Below, piece by piece: positions 8,365 through 16,715 of a stretch of 64,000 bases of DNA (within the stretch, counting starts at the first letter, position 1; every line of letters starts with the position of its first letter). The notes under the pieces were generated by a model, which had not been told where the DNA came from, did no database searches, and saw only the letters and a list, made by a program, of their open reading frames with translations. Location of the stretch: positions 6,685 to 70,684 of the forward strand of contig JAUSAZ010000005.1 in the NCBI GenBank assembly GCA_030652255.1, in the 5' to 3' direction. The stretch is from Myxococcales bacterium. GTDB taxonomy: Bacteria > Myxococcota_A > Polyangia > Polyangiales > Ga0077539. The position numbers and the translations under genes are program-made.

Positions 8365-9246
8365 CTAGAGGTCCATCGGGAGGCCCGCGCGCTGCCAGAG
8401 CGAGGTGCCGCCCAGGAAGAAGAGCAGCAGCCCGGCGCCGCCGTAGGTGACGGCGATGCAGTCCGCGCGGGTGATCCCGTCGGGGCCGCGGCGCCAGAGG
8501 AAGGCCGCCTGCGCGATGGGGGCGGCGACCATCAGCAGCTCGCGGGTGGTCACCACCTGGGCGACACGCGCGCCGACGAGCACCGCCACCGAGGCCGCGC
8601 AGAGGGCGTAGATGATGGCGGCGCTGGTCTTCGGGCCGTGCACCACGGGGTAGGTGGGCACGCCCACGGCGCGGTCGCCGTCGACGTCGCGGAGGTCGTA
8701 GAGCACCTCGAAGGTGTGCTCGAAGAGGAAGAAGAACCCGACCACGGCCGCGATGCCGGGCAGCGACATCACCCGCTCGTGCTGCACGCCCAGGAGGGGA
8801 TAGAGCCCCACGCTGAGCACGAACATCACGGCGCTCATGGAGTTCTTGAAGAGGTAGAGGTCCTTGAAGCGGCGCATGCCCTTCGGGGTGGGGACGATGC
8901 GGAAGCTGTAGCCCAGGCCCATCGCGTGGAAGACCACGCGCACGATCGCGAGCGAGGTGGGCAGCGCGACGAAGCCCCAGGCCAGCGAGGCCGCGAGCGC
9001 GACGAGGCACCCGGCGACGAGGGCCTTCGCGTGGCGCGCGACGAACTCCGTGGCCGCGATGCCGTTGAGCCGGTCTTCGTCGACGTCGGTGGCGCGGTTG
9101 AGGAGGTTGACGATGCACCAGTCGAAGCCGCAGAGCAGCGCGAGCCCGACGGGGTAGGCGCCCATGAAGAGGTAGCCGAAGGTCACGGTGGCGCAGACCG
9201 CGATGGCCACGATGTGCAGCCGCAGCGCCGAGGCGAGGTCGTTCAC
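8365..9246 (-). CDS. UbiA-family prenyltransferase
   Basis: Multi-TM protein with two Asp-rich motifs, NRATDVDEDRLN and YDLRDVDGD. Confidence 0.85.
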   Translation of the reverse strand: MNDLASALRLHIVAIAVCATVTFGYLFMGAYPVGLALLCGFDWCIVNLLNRATDVDEDRLNGIAATEFVARHAKALVAGCLVALAASLAWGFVALPTSLAIVRVVFHAMGLGYSFRIVPTPKGMRRFKDLYLFKNSMSAVMFVLSVGLYPLLGVQHERVMSLPGIAAVVGFFFLFEHTFEVLYDLRDVDGDRAVGVPTYPVVHGPKTSAAIIYALCAASVAVLVGARVAQVVTTRELLMVAAPIAQAAFLWRRGPDGITRADCIAVTYGGAGLLLFFLGGTSLWQRAGLPMDL

Positions 9247-9290
9247 GCGCGGACTCTATACCTGGCCCGTGCGATCCTCCGCGCCCGTCG

Positions 9291-10145
9291 ATGATCGCCC
9301 TGGAGACCGCCTGCCTCGCCATCCTCGCGGCGTACTTCGTCGCCCACCGCCGGGAGCCCGCGCTGCTCCGCGACGCCCTGCTGCTCGGCCTCGGCGCGCT
9401 CGTCGGCGAGGACACCATGATCCGCGCGTACGGCTTCTACGGGTACTCGCCGGGCTGGCACCTCTTCGTCGACCGGGTGCCGCTGCTCATCCCGACCATC
9501 TGGGCGCCGGTGGTGCTCTCCGCCCGCGCCGTCTCCCGCGCGCTCCTGCGCACGACCGACGCGCCGCCGTGGAAGGAGGCCGCCCTCACCGGCGCGCTGG
9601 TCACCTTCGACGCGGCGCTCATCGAGCCCATCGCCGTGCGCGCGGGCCTCTGGCGCTGGACCCAGCCCGGCGTGATGACCGTGCCCCTCATCGGCATCGT
9701 CGGCTGGGGCTGCTACGCCTTCGCGGCGACGTGGCTGCTCGCCGCGCTGCCTCCCGCGCGGCGGTGGGCGATGATCCCGCTGGCGCTGGTGGCGTCGCAC
9801 GCGCTGGTGCTGGCGCTCTGGTGGGGCGCTCTCCGCTGGGTGCTGCGGGCCGAGCTGCCGCTGTCGACGACGGCGCCGGCGCTGGCCTTCTGCGCGACGT
9901 TGTACACGGTGGCGGTGCTGAAGACGGGCGCCCGGCTGCCGTGGCGCGAGCTGCTCCCCCGGGCGGCGGCGACGGGCTTCTTCGCGGTGCTGCTGGCGAG
10001 CCGGGCCGACGCGGCGATGGTGCTGTGGGCGGCCCTCTTCACGCCGCCGTGGCTGGTGTTCTGCGCGCGGGCGCTGCGGGCGTCACCCCCCGAAGACCAC
10101 CCGCCCGAACCTCGTCGACCGGTGGAAGTTCCCCTGACCCAGTAG
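9291..10145 (+). CDS. Membrane protein, carotenoid biosynthesis (CruF/DUF422-like) family
   Basis: YGFYGY...VPLLIPTIW, FDAALIEPIAVRAGLWRW and VPLIGIVGW match my recollection of this family; many TM segments. Confidence 0.65.
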   Translation: MIALETACLAILAAYFVAHRREPALLRDALLLGLGALVGEDTMIRAYGFYGYSPGWHLFVDRVPLLIPTIWAPVVLSARAVSRALLRTTDAPPWKEAALTGALVTFDAALIEPIAVRAGLWRWTQPGVMTVPLIGIVGWGCYAFAATWLLAALPPARRWAMIPLALVASHALVLALWWGALRWVLRAELPLSTTAPALAFCATLYTVAVLKTGARLPWRELLPRAAATGFFAVLLASRADAAMVLWAALFTPPWLVFCARALRASPPEDHPPEPRRPVEVPLTQ

Positions 10146-10853
10146 CGGCGACCACGCGAGCGAGTCGCGCTGCCCGTCCCTGAACGTGTACAGGTTCATC
10201 CGCCAGGTCTCGCCCGCCCTCGGCGGCGCGGTCACCCGCGAGGTGAGCACCGCCCCCCAGGGGAGCAGCATCTCCACCACGTAGCCGTCGCTGGTCTTCG
10301 CGGTGCCGCACTCCAGCGCGGGCTCCCACTCCTCGTGGCCGAAGTGCATCACCCCGCTCGGGTCGCGCCCGACGGGCCGGTTGTAGTCGTCGAAGCGCGT
10401 CGTCCAGCGCGCGCCGTTGACCCCCACCTGCACCTCGAAATAGTCCCGGTTGTCGCCGAAATCCCCGGGCTGCAGCATCAGCTCCACGCCCGACGCCCGC
10501 TCCCAGACGTGCGCGTCGCGCATCGGCGGCGGATAGGGGCTCTGCGCGTCGCGGTCGCGCACCTCGAAGGCCACGAGCAGCCCCGCGTCGCTCCACGCCA
10601 CGCGCGCGTCGCCGTTGACCCTCGACGCCGGCTCGGGCTGCCCCGTCGTCGGGTGCACGAAGCCCCCGACGCGCCGCGCGCTCGCCCACACGGGCTCGTC
10701 CAGCCGGCCGTCCCAGCGCACCGCGCCCGTCACCCTCGGCGCCGTCACCGTCGGCAGCGTCCCGTCGGCCCGGGAGACCACCGCCGTCGCGGGCGGCGCG
10801 TTGCCGCGGCACCCGAGCGCGGCGGCCAGCACCAGGGCGAGAGCAGGGCGCAT
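10083..10853 (-). CDS. Lipoprotein with CBM9/DOMON-like sugar-binding domain
   Basis: Lipobox ALGC; WDGRLDEPVW, AWSDAGLLVAFEVRD, GVELML, YFEVQV, GETWRMNLY; TGATG overlap with the upstream acylase. Confidence 0.8.
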   Translation of the reverse strand: MRPALALVLAAALGCRGNAPPATAVVSRADGTLPTVTAPRVTGAVRWDGRLDEPVWASARRVGGFVHPTTGQPEPASRVNGDARVAWSDAGLLVAFEVRDRDAQSPYPPPMRDAHVWERASGVELMLQPGDFGDNRDYFEVQVGVNGARWTTRFDDYNRPVGRDPSGVMHFGHEEWEPALECGTAKTSDGYVVEMLLPWGAVLTSRVTAPPRAGETWRMNLYTFRDGQRDSLAWSPLLGQGNFHRSTRFGRVVFGG

Positions 10854-13800
10854 CAGTCGGTTCCGCCCGCGCGCACCGGGGCGGGGGAGAGCACCTCGTG
10901 GCCCGTCGCCGCGGCCACTACGGCGTCGGCCGCGAGCAGCATCGGAAGCGCGCGGTTGCCCAGCCACAGCCGCGCCTGGTCGTCATAGAACTCGTTGTTG
11001 TTCAGCCCCGACTGGCCGCCCGGGAGCACGTTGCGGCCCTCCGTCGCGTCGGGCATCCCCCGGCGCAGGGCCACCACCATCCGGTAGGTGGGCCCGGAGC
11101 CGTAGCTGAAGGACTCGCCCCCGAAGCCCGAGTTGGCCGCGTCGACGCCCCACTGGTCGCCCGGCCGGGGGAAGCCCGGGAGCGTGGCGCGCGGGTCCGT
11201 CGCCGGGAGGTTCATCGCCAGCGGAATACGGGTCGGGGTAATCGAGAAGCCCGACACCAGCGCGCCCAGGGAGGATGCGCCGTCGAGGAAGGTCGACAGG
11301 ATCGACTCGAACTTCACCGTGTGCCGCAGGCCCCACACCCACTGGTCCATGTCGTTGGTGCCGAAGCCGCCGCGGCCAGGCGCCGACGGGGCGGCGCGCA
11401 GGAAGGTGAGCGCCCCGTCGAGGGCCGTGAGGGCCACCTCGCGGCTGGTCTCCACGGCCTCGGTTCCGAGCACGTCGAAGTACGCGCTCTCCTGCGTGGC
11501 CGGGTTGAAGGACGCGAGCATCTCGGTGTTGCCCGCCCCGCGGCCGCGCAGCATCCGCAGCACCGCCCGCACGCGCCCGACGTTGCCGCCGCCGCCGTTG
11601 TCGAACACCCCGTCGGGCAGCCGCTCGTCGCCGAACACCCCGTTGAGGAAGCGGCCCATCCACGCGTTGTGGATGGTGGTCGCGACGGAGAGCTCGCGCT
11701 CGTTGGGGACGAGCGAGTGATAGAAGGTCTCGACCCCCGAGTGGGCGGGGTAGCCCGCGGTGCGCCACGCCGTGAGCCGACGCTCGACGCTCTCGTAGTC
11801 GGCCTGGTGGGCGCGCCACGCGGCCGCGAGCCGGGCCTCCGGGGTGCCTGCGGTGGGCGTCCCGGCGGCGGCGGTGCGGGCGCTCGCGAGGGCGTCGAGC
11901 AGCGCGGGCACGAGGGCCTCGCCGAGGTTGGAGTGGGTGTCGGCCTGGAGCGCGGCCATGGCGTCGCTGTCGAGGGTGCGGGCCGCGACCCCGGCGGTGA
12001 GCACGGTGTCGATGCGCGCACCTCGGAAGCCGTCGCCCCAGGGGCCGCCGATGTAAACCGGGTCGTTGTTGAGCGAGTCGTCGCCGGTGATGTTGCCGGG
12101 CTGGTTGTTGGCGGTCATCACGTAGCCGCGGGCCGGGTCGAGCGCCGCGGGCGTGCGGTCGAGGGGCACCACGCACTGGTACGGGTCGACGGTGCCCATG
12201 GTCTCGTCGATGACGCCGTCGCGCAGCGGGATGTGGAAGCCGCCGTAGGTGGTTCCGTCGAGCAGGCGGCGGGGGTTGGCGCCGGTGCGCCACGAGCGGT
12301 CGGCCTCGCGCGGGAGGTACTCGCGGCACGGCACCGCCTGCCAGCCGGCGTAGTAGATCGAGCCGTCGGCGTCGGCGGCGACCTGGTTGAGCGAGGTGGC
12401 CAGCATCGAGCGGCTCGCCTCGCGGAACTCCCGCACGTTGCGGGCCTTGCCGTAGCCGTCGTAGGCGCGGAAGGCGTTGCCGCCGTCGAGGCCCACGTAG
12501 TCGAAGCTCACCGCGGTGATCACCCCGTCGCCGTCGGTGTCGCCCGGAACCACCACGTCGCCGAGCAGCTGCACCCGCACCTCGCCGGGCACCACCGGGT
12601 CGCCGGGCATCACGCGGCGGCCCTCGATCTGGTTGATCCAGCGGCCGTCGAAGGTGACGTAGCGGCTCCAGCGCTCGGTGCGCCCGACGCTCATGAGCGC
12701 CGGGACGTTGGCGACGGTGACGGTCTCTTCGGTGACCGTGAGGGGACGGGTCTCGCCGCGGAAGCGCGTCGCGGTGGGGCGGCCCGTGGCGTCGAGCACG
12801 AGCTCCTCGCGGTACCAGTCGGTGATGTCGCCGCCGAGCTGGGTGAAGCCCCAGGCGACGCGGCCGTTGGTGCCCATCGCCGTGGCCGGGAGGAAGGTGA
12901 GCGCGATGCCCATCTGGTGGATGTCGCCGCCGCCGAGGGTCTGCGTGTCGAGGCCGATCTGGTAGAAGAGCGCGGGGATGGTGAGCGGGAGGTGCCCGTC
13001 GGCCGCGAGCAGGGTGCTGCCGTCGCGGGTGCGGCTGCCCATCACGGCCCAGGCGTTGGAGCCGTAGCCCACGTCGGGGTCGCGCATGAGCCGCGCCTGG
13101 ATCTCGCCGAGGTTGCTCGCGAGCCGGTCGAGCGCGGTGCGCGGCACGGCCATGCTGGCGGCGCCGGGGTGGGTCTCCGGGCGCGGGTCGCGGGGCGGGG
13201 CGGCGGGGCGGCGGATGGCCATGGTGCCCGCAGCGGTCTCGAGGCCCCAGCCGTCGGCGGAGCGCGACGCGGCGGGCTGGCGCAGGGGGTTCCAGAGCTC
13301 GGGGAGCACGCCCGCGGCGCGGAGCTCGGAGAGGGCCTGGCCGGTGAAGTCGCCGGGGAGGTTGCGGGCGGCGCGGTCGCGGTTGACGTCGTCGGTCTCG
13401 AAGCCCGACTGGTAGAGGAAGGTGGTGTTCATCGCGGCGACGTCGCGCACGGTGAAGTTCTCGAGGAGGTCGGACGCGCGGCGGCGGCCGAGCAGCGGCG
13501 CGGCGAGCGTGAACTCGCTGGGCGCCGAGAGGGCGCCGTCCTGGGCCTGGGCGATGTAGGCGTTGATGCCGTCGGCGAAGCCCTGGAAGACCTCGCGCTG
13601 CTCGGGGCTGAGCAGCCGGAGGATGGCGTCGGTGACGAAGCCCATGCCGACGCCGAGGTTCTGCTGGTCGGTGCGCAGGGCGGCGTCGCCGAGGAGGGCG
13701 GCGAGGCGGCCGGTGCCGTAGCGCCGCGCGAGGTCGAGGAAGAAGAAGCGGTCGCGGGCGACGACGAAGCCGTGCGCGCGGGCGAGGTCGGCGCGGTTGC

Positions 13801-14074
13801 GGGCGTAGAGATGGGGGACATTGCCGGCGGTGCGGAGGATGTGCACCTCGCCGGTGAGCCCGGGGATGTCCCAGCGCTCGGTGACGGCGACGGTGGGGAA
13901 GGCGCTGGGCAGTGCGCTGTCGCTGGCGTCGGAGGGTCCGGGCGCGTCGCCGAGGTCGCTGGTGGCGTCGATCGCGGGCGCGTCGCCGCCGGCGTCCGCA
14001 GGCGGCGTCGGCGAGTCGGTGCACGAGAGGACCAGGGCAGGGCAGACCGCGAGGAGCCAACGAAGCGTACGCAT
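10853..14074 (-). CDS. Penicillin acylase family (Ntn hydrolase) lipoprotein
   Basis: PHLYARNRADLARAHGF, nucleophile motif GSNAWAV, ADGHL, MGTNGRVAWGFT, YGSGPTYRMVV, PGGQSG; start 14074 or 14083. Confidence 0.92.
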   Translation of the reverse strand: MRTLRWLLAVCPALVLSCTDSPTPPADAGGDAPAIDATSDLGDAPGPSDASDSALPSAFPTVAVTERWDIPGLTGEVHILRTAGNVPHLYARNRADLARAHGFVVARDRFFFLDLARRYGTGRLAALLGDAALRTDQQNLGVGMGFVTDAILRLLSPEQREVFQGFADGINAYIAQAQDGALSAPSEFTLAAPLLGRRRASDLLENFTVRDVAAMNTTFLYQSGFETDDVNRDRAARNLPGDFTGQALSELRAAGVLPELWNPLRQPAASRSADGWGLETAAGTMAIRRPAAPPRDPRPETHPGAASMAVPRTALDRLASNLGEIQARLMRDPDVGYGSNAWAVMGSRTRDGSTLLAADGHLPLTIPALFYQIGLDTQTLGGGDIHQMGIALTFLPATAMGTNGRVAWGFTQLGGDITDWYREELVLDATGRPTATRFRGETRPLTVTEETVTVANVPALMSVGRTERWSRYVTFDGRWINQIEGRRVMPGDPVVPGEVRVQLLGDVVVPGDTDGDGVITAVSFDYVGLDGGNAFRAYDGYGKARNVREFREASRSMLATSLNQVAADADGSIYYAGWQAVPCREYLPREADRSWRTGANPRRLLDGTTYGGFHIPLRDGVIDETMGTVDPYQCVVPLDRTPAALDPARGYVMTANNQPGNITGDDSLNNDPVYIGGPWGDGFRGARIDTVLTAGVAARTLDSDAMAALQADTHSNLGEALVPALLDALASARTAAAGTPTAGTPEARLAAAWRAHQADYESVERRLTAWRTAGYPAHSGVETFYHSLVPNERELSVATTIHNAWMGRFLNGVFGDERLPDGVFDNGGGGNVGRVRAVLRMLRGRGAGNTEMLASFNPATQESAYFDVLGTEAVETSREVALTALDGALTFLRAAPSAPGRGGFGTNDMDQWVWGLRHTVKFESILSTFLDGASSLGALVSGFSITPTRIPLAMNLPATDPRATLPGFPRPGDQWGVDAANSGFGGESFSYGSGPTYRMVVALRRGMPDATEGRNVLPGGQSGLNNNEFYDDQARLWLGNRALPMLLAADAVVAAATGHEVLSPAPVRAGGTD

Positions 14075-14147
14075 GGCCTGCATTGGTGGAGGGAAGCTGG
14101 TGACGCCGTCAAGGGCCGTCGCGCGGGGGATTAGATGGGGCGCGCGA

Positions 14148-14792
14148 TCACTCCGCCGCGAGGTCGCCGAGCGCGACCCCGAAGGCCCGCTCGAAGAGCC
14201 CTGGCTCGTCGCGCAGGAAGCGGTAGCTGCGGTCCTGGCGCAGCATGCCCACGACCACGCTGCGGCTCTGCCACCCCGGCCAGCGCGCCCGCAGCATCGC
14301 CGCGTCGCGCACCACGGCGGCCGCGTCGCGGCGCTGGCACCCCACCGCGATGAGCCCGAGCAGCGCGAACTCGTTGAGCGGATCGATGCTGAGCGCGAGG
14401 GCGTATCCCTCCCGCGCCCGGTCGAGGTCACCCTCCTCGAAGCTCGCGGTCGCCGCGTTGGCGGCGCAGGTGCCCCGGAAGCTCGCGTCGTCGCTCAGCG
14501 CCATCGCCGCGGCGTACCCGGCGCGCGCGTCGTCGTAGCGCCGCTGGTAGTGCCGCCCGATCGCCGCGTACAGCACCGCGTCGGGGTCACGCTCCCACCC
14601 CGCGGAGCGCTGCGCGCGCGCCACGCCCTCGTCGAAGCGCAGCGCGCGGTAGAGCGCCGAGCACTCCTCCTTCAGCGCCGGGTCGACCCCGGACTCGTCA
14701 GGCACGTAGACGTCGTGCGCCTCGACGTGGGCCCGGCGCAGCAGCGACGCGCGTACGTCTCGCGAGGGCGGCTGTAGCTCCTTCGACTTCAC
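14148..14792 (-). CDS. TPR-repeat protein
   Basis: Helical repeats (DAVLYAAIG...YDDARAGY, NAATASFEEGDLDRAREGYALALSIDP) and a DRSYRFLRDEP tail; GTGA overlap with the upstream gene. Confidence 0.75.
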   Translation of the reverse strand: MKSKELQPPSRDVRASLLRRAHVEAHDVYVPDESGVDPALKEECSALYRALRFDEGVARAQRSAGWERDPDAVLYAAIGRHYQRRYDDARAGYAAAMALSDDASFRGTCAANAATASFEEGDLDRAREGYALALSIDPLNEFALLGLIAVGCQRRDAAAVVRDAAMLRARWPGWQSRSVVVGMLRQDRSYRFLRDEPGLFERAFGVALGDLAAE

Positions 14793-15439
14793 GGCGCCTC
14801 CCGGTCGGCGACCATCAGGCTCGTGACGGTGCCGCGCAGTCGTGCCACGGCGCGCGACACCGTCGGCTCGGAGAGGCCCACCATCCGGGCGATCTCCCGC
14901 TGGTCGTGGCCGCCCGCGAGGCCGCTGAGCACCCGCCCGTCGCGCTCGTCGAAGCCCGGCGCCGACCTGAGGCGCTCGAGCAGCTCGCGCAGGTGCGTCT
15001 CCCCGTCGGGGGCGTCGCCGCGGCTCGGGGGCTCCGGGCCGTCGCCGTCGTCGGGCGCGCCCGCGGCGCCCCGGGTGAGGGCGTGCCTGCGGTCGAGGGC
15101 CGCGCGGCGCTGTCGGGTGCGGCGCATCGCGCGGAGCTGGTCACGCAGCTGATCGGCCACCAGCATCGCGAGGGAGCGGGTGATGACGCCGCGCGCGACG
15201 CCGTCGAGCCACGCGCCCACGGAGCGCTCGTACGCGAGGGACATGCACGCCCCGCGGGCCTCGTCGGCGCCCATCACGTCGCGGAACTCCCGCGCGACGC
15301 GCTCGCACTGCGGGAGCAGCGCGTCGAAGAGCGCCTCCCACCCGTGGCCCGTGCGCTCCAGGTCTTGCAGCCACCCGGCGAGCGCGGCGGCCTCCGGGGT
15401 GCCGGGCGCCCGGCGGATCCAGTCGGTCAGGTCTTCCAT
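14789..15439 (-). CDS. Divergent sigma70/ECF-like or LuxR-type HTH regulator
   Basis: C-terminal HTH ERDGRVLSGLAGGHDQREIARMVGLSEPTVSRAVARL; region-2-like helices are poorly conserved; ATG at 15439. Confidence 0.7.
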   Translation of the reverse strand: MEDLTDWIRRAPGTPEAAALAGWLQDLERTGHGWEALFDALLPQCERVAREFRDVMGADEARGACMSLAYERSVGAWLDGVARGVITRSLAMLVADQLRDQLRAMRRTRQRRAALDRRHALTRGAAGAPDDGDGPEPPSRGDAPDGETHLRELLERLRSAPGFDERDGRVLSGLAGGHDQREIARMVGLSEPTVSRAVARLRGTVTSLMVADREAP

Positions 15440-15459
15440 GGGTGTGTCCGCGCGCCCGC

Positions 15460-15828
15460 TCAGCGCCCGCCGCCGCCGATGCCGACGGACGCGGTGGTGT
15501 ACGACCCTCCCGGCAGGTCGCCGCCCCCGCCCGAGACCTTCATCGACTCCGCGCGCTCCGGCGGCAGCCCGGCGAGCAGCAGCGCCTCGACCGCCCCGCT
15601 CGCGTGCACCGCCATGCTCCGGTCGTCGAAGAAGAGCCACCAGGTGCGCTGGCCCGCGGCGTCGGGCGCCGAGACCAGCGCCGTCACCTCCGTCGCGGTC
15701 GCGGGCGCGTCCGCCGACGAGCGGGTGGCGTCGGGCTCGACCGCACAGCCCTGGAGCGCGGCGGCGAGCGCCATCGCCCCCAACATCAACAGCGCACCGC
15801 CCCGTCGCCCCGCCACGCCCCTGCTCAT
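15460..15828 (-). CDS. Small hypothetical lipoprotein
   Basis: Signal peptide ending LQGC; 122 aa; first gene of the lipoprotein-HTH-TPR run. Confidence 0.6.
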   Translation of the reverse strand: MSRGVAGRRGGALLMLGAMALAAALQGCAVEPDATRSSADAPATATEVTALVSAPDAAGQRTWWLFFDDRSMAVHASGAVEALLLAGLPPERAESMKVSGGGGDLPGGSYTTASVGIGGGGR

Positions 15829-15909
15829 CGTCGTCCGTCCCTTCGTGGTCACCGCGCCCGTCGCGGGTGCTGATTCTCTCCCCGATACGGGGCCACGAAC
15901 CGACCCGGG

Positions 15910-15944
15910 ATTTCACCCTCGACGAATTATCTCGTCGATGAAAT
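15910..15944. promoter_or_regulatory. AT-rich dyad between divergent genes (candidate operator)
   Basis: ATTTCA-ccc-TCGACGA-attatc-TCGTCGA-TGAAAT. Confidence 0.45.
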
Positions 15945-16024
15945 TGCGCGGCGCGCGGTGGCCCCGGTGGGGCTCAGGAGCGCCGGGGCCATCGATGGGG
16001 AACGCCCGGCTCCGGAGGAGAGCC

Positions 16025-16696
16025 ATGACGAAGATGTGGATGGTGGGCTGGATGCTCGCGCTCGGCGGCTGTTCGAGCGCCGTGATCGGGGGAGGGGCCA
16101 CCGGGGCGGACGTCCCGGCGAGCGATGTGGGGGCGACGGCGGTCGACGTGAGGGGGGCGCGCGAGGACGCGGCACGGAGCGATGGAGGGACGCTTGCCGA
16201 TGTGGAGGCGACCGGCGTCGACGCGAGCGCGGCCGACGTGCCGGTGGTGGAGGATGTTCCGCCCCGTCGGGACACCCCCACGCCCTGGGAACCGCCGCCC
16301 CGCACGGGACCGATCAGCTTCGTGGTCGTGCGGTCTGGCGGCAACTGCATCGACTTCTTCCCGCACGAAGACTCCACCGTCTACGAAGACGGTCGGGTCG
16401 ACTCCTTCGGGTACTACTCATCGGGTAGCCCCTACGAGGACAGGCGCTGGCTCCCGGCGGGGGTCGACAGCGTCCGGAGCGCGCGCCTCACGCTGGAGGC
16501 CTCGGGCCTCCTCGACGTCCCGGAGGGCACCTATCACATCCCCCAGGACCGGTGCGAGTCGGTCTCCCTCGAGTATCACCGCGCCGGGCGGGTGTACTCC
16601 TGGCTGCTCGAAACGAGCACCGACGACCCGCTGCCGCCGCCCAGCCTGGTGGCTGCGATCGCCGTCGCCGAAGCCTACGTCCGCTCGGCGCGCTGA
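16025..16696 (+). CDS. Hypothetical lipoprotein with low-complexity linker and small C-terminal alpha/beta domain
   Basis: GGAGGAG RBS; lipobox LGGC; C-domain SFVVVRSGGNC...TVYEDGRV (DUF6438-like by recall). Confidence 0.7.
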   Translation: MTKMWMVGWMLALGGCSSAVIGGGATGADVPASDVGATAVDVRGAREDAARSDGGTLADVEATGVDASAADVPVVEDVPPRRDTPTPWEPPPRTGPISFVVVRSGGNCIDFFPHEDSTVYEDGRVDSFGYYSSGSPYEDRRWLPAGVDSVRSARLTLEASGLLDVPEGTYHIPQDRCESVSLEYHRAGRVYSWLLETSTDDPLPPPSLVAAIAVAEAYVRSAR

Positions 16697-16715
16697 GCCC
16701 GCAGCGGGTGGGGCG

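Noticed and set aside
10083-10145. Convergent 3' overlaps (also 28723-28736) as antisense regulation
   Set aside because: Short tail overlaps are common in GC-rich genomes and nothing else supports a function.
6147-14134. Long ORFs 6147-8450(+), 6049-8280(-), 10898-14134(+) and 10983-14060(-)
   Set aside because: Antisense or alternate-frame shadows of glyS and the acylase, caused by stop-codon scarcity at high GC.
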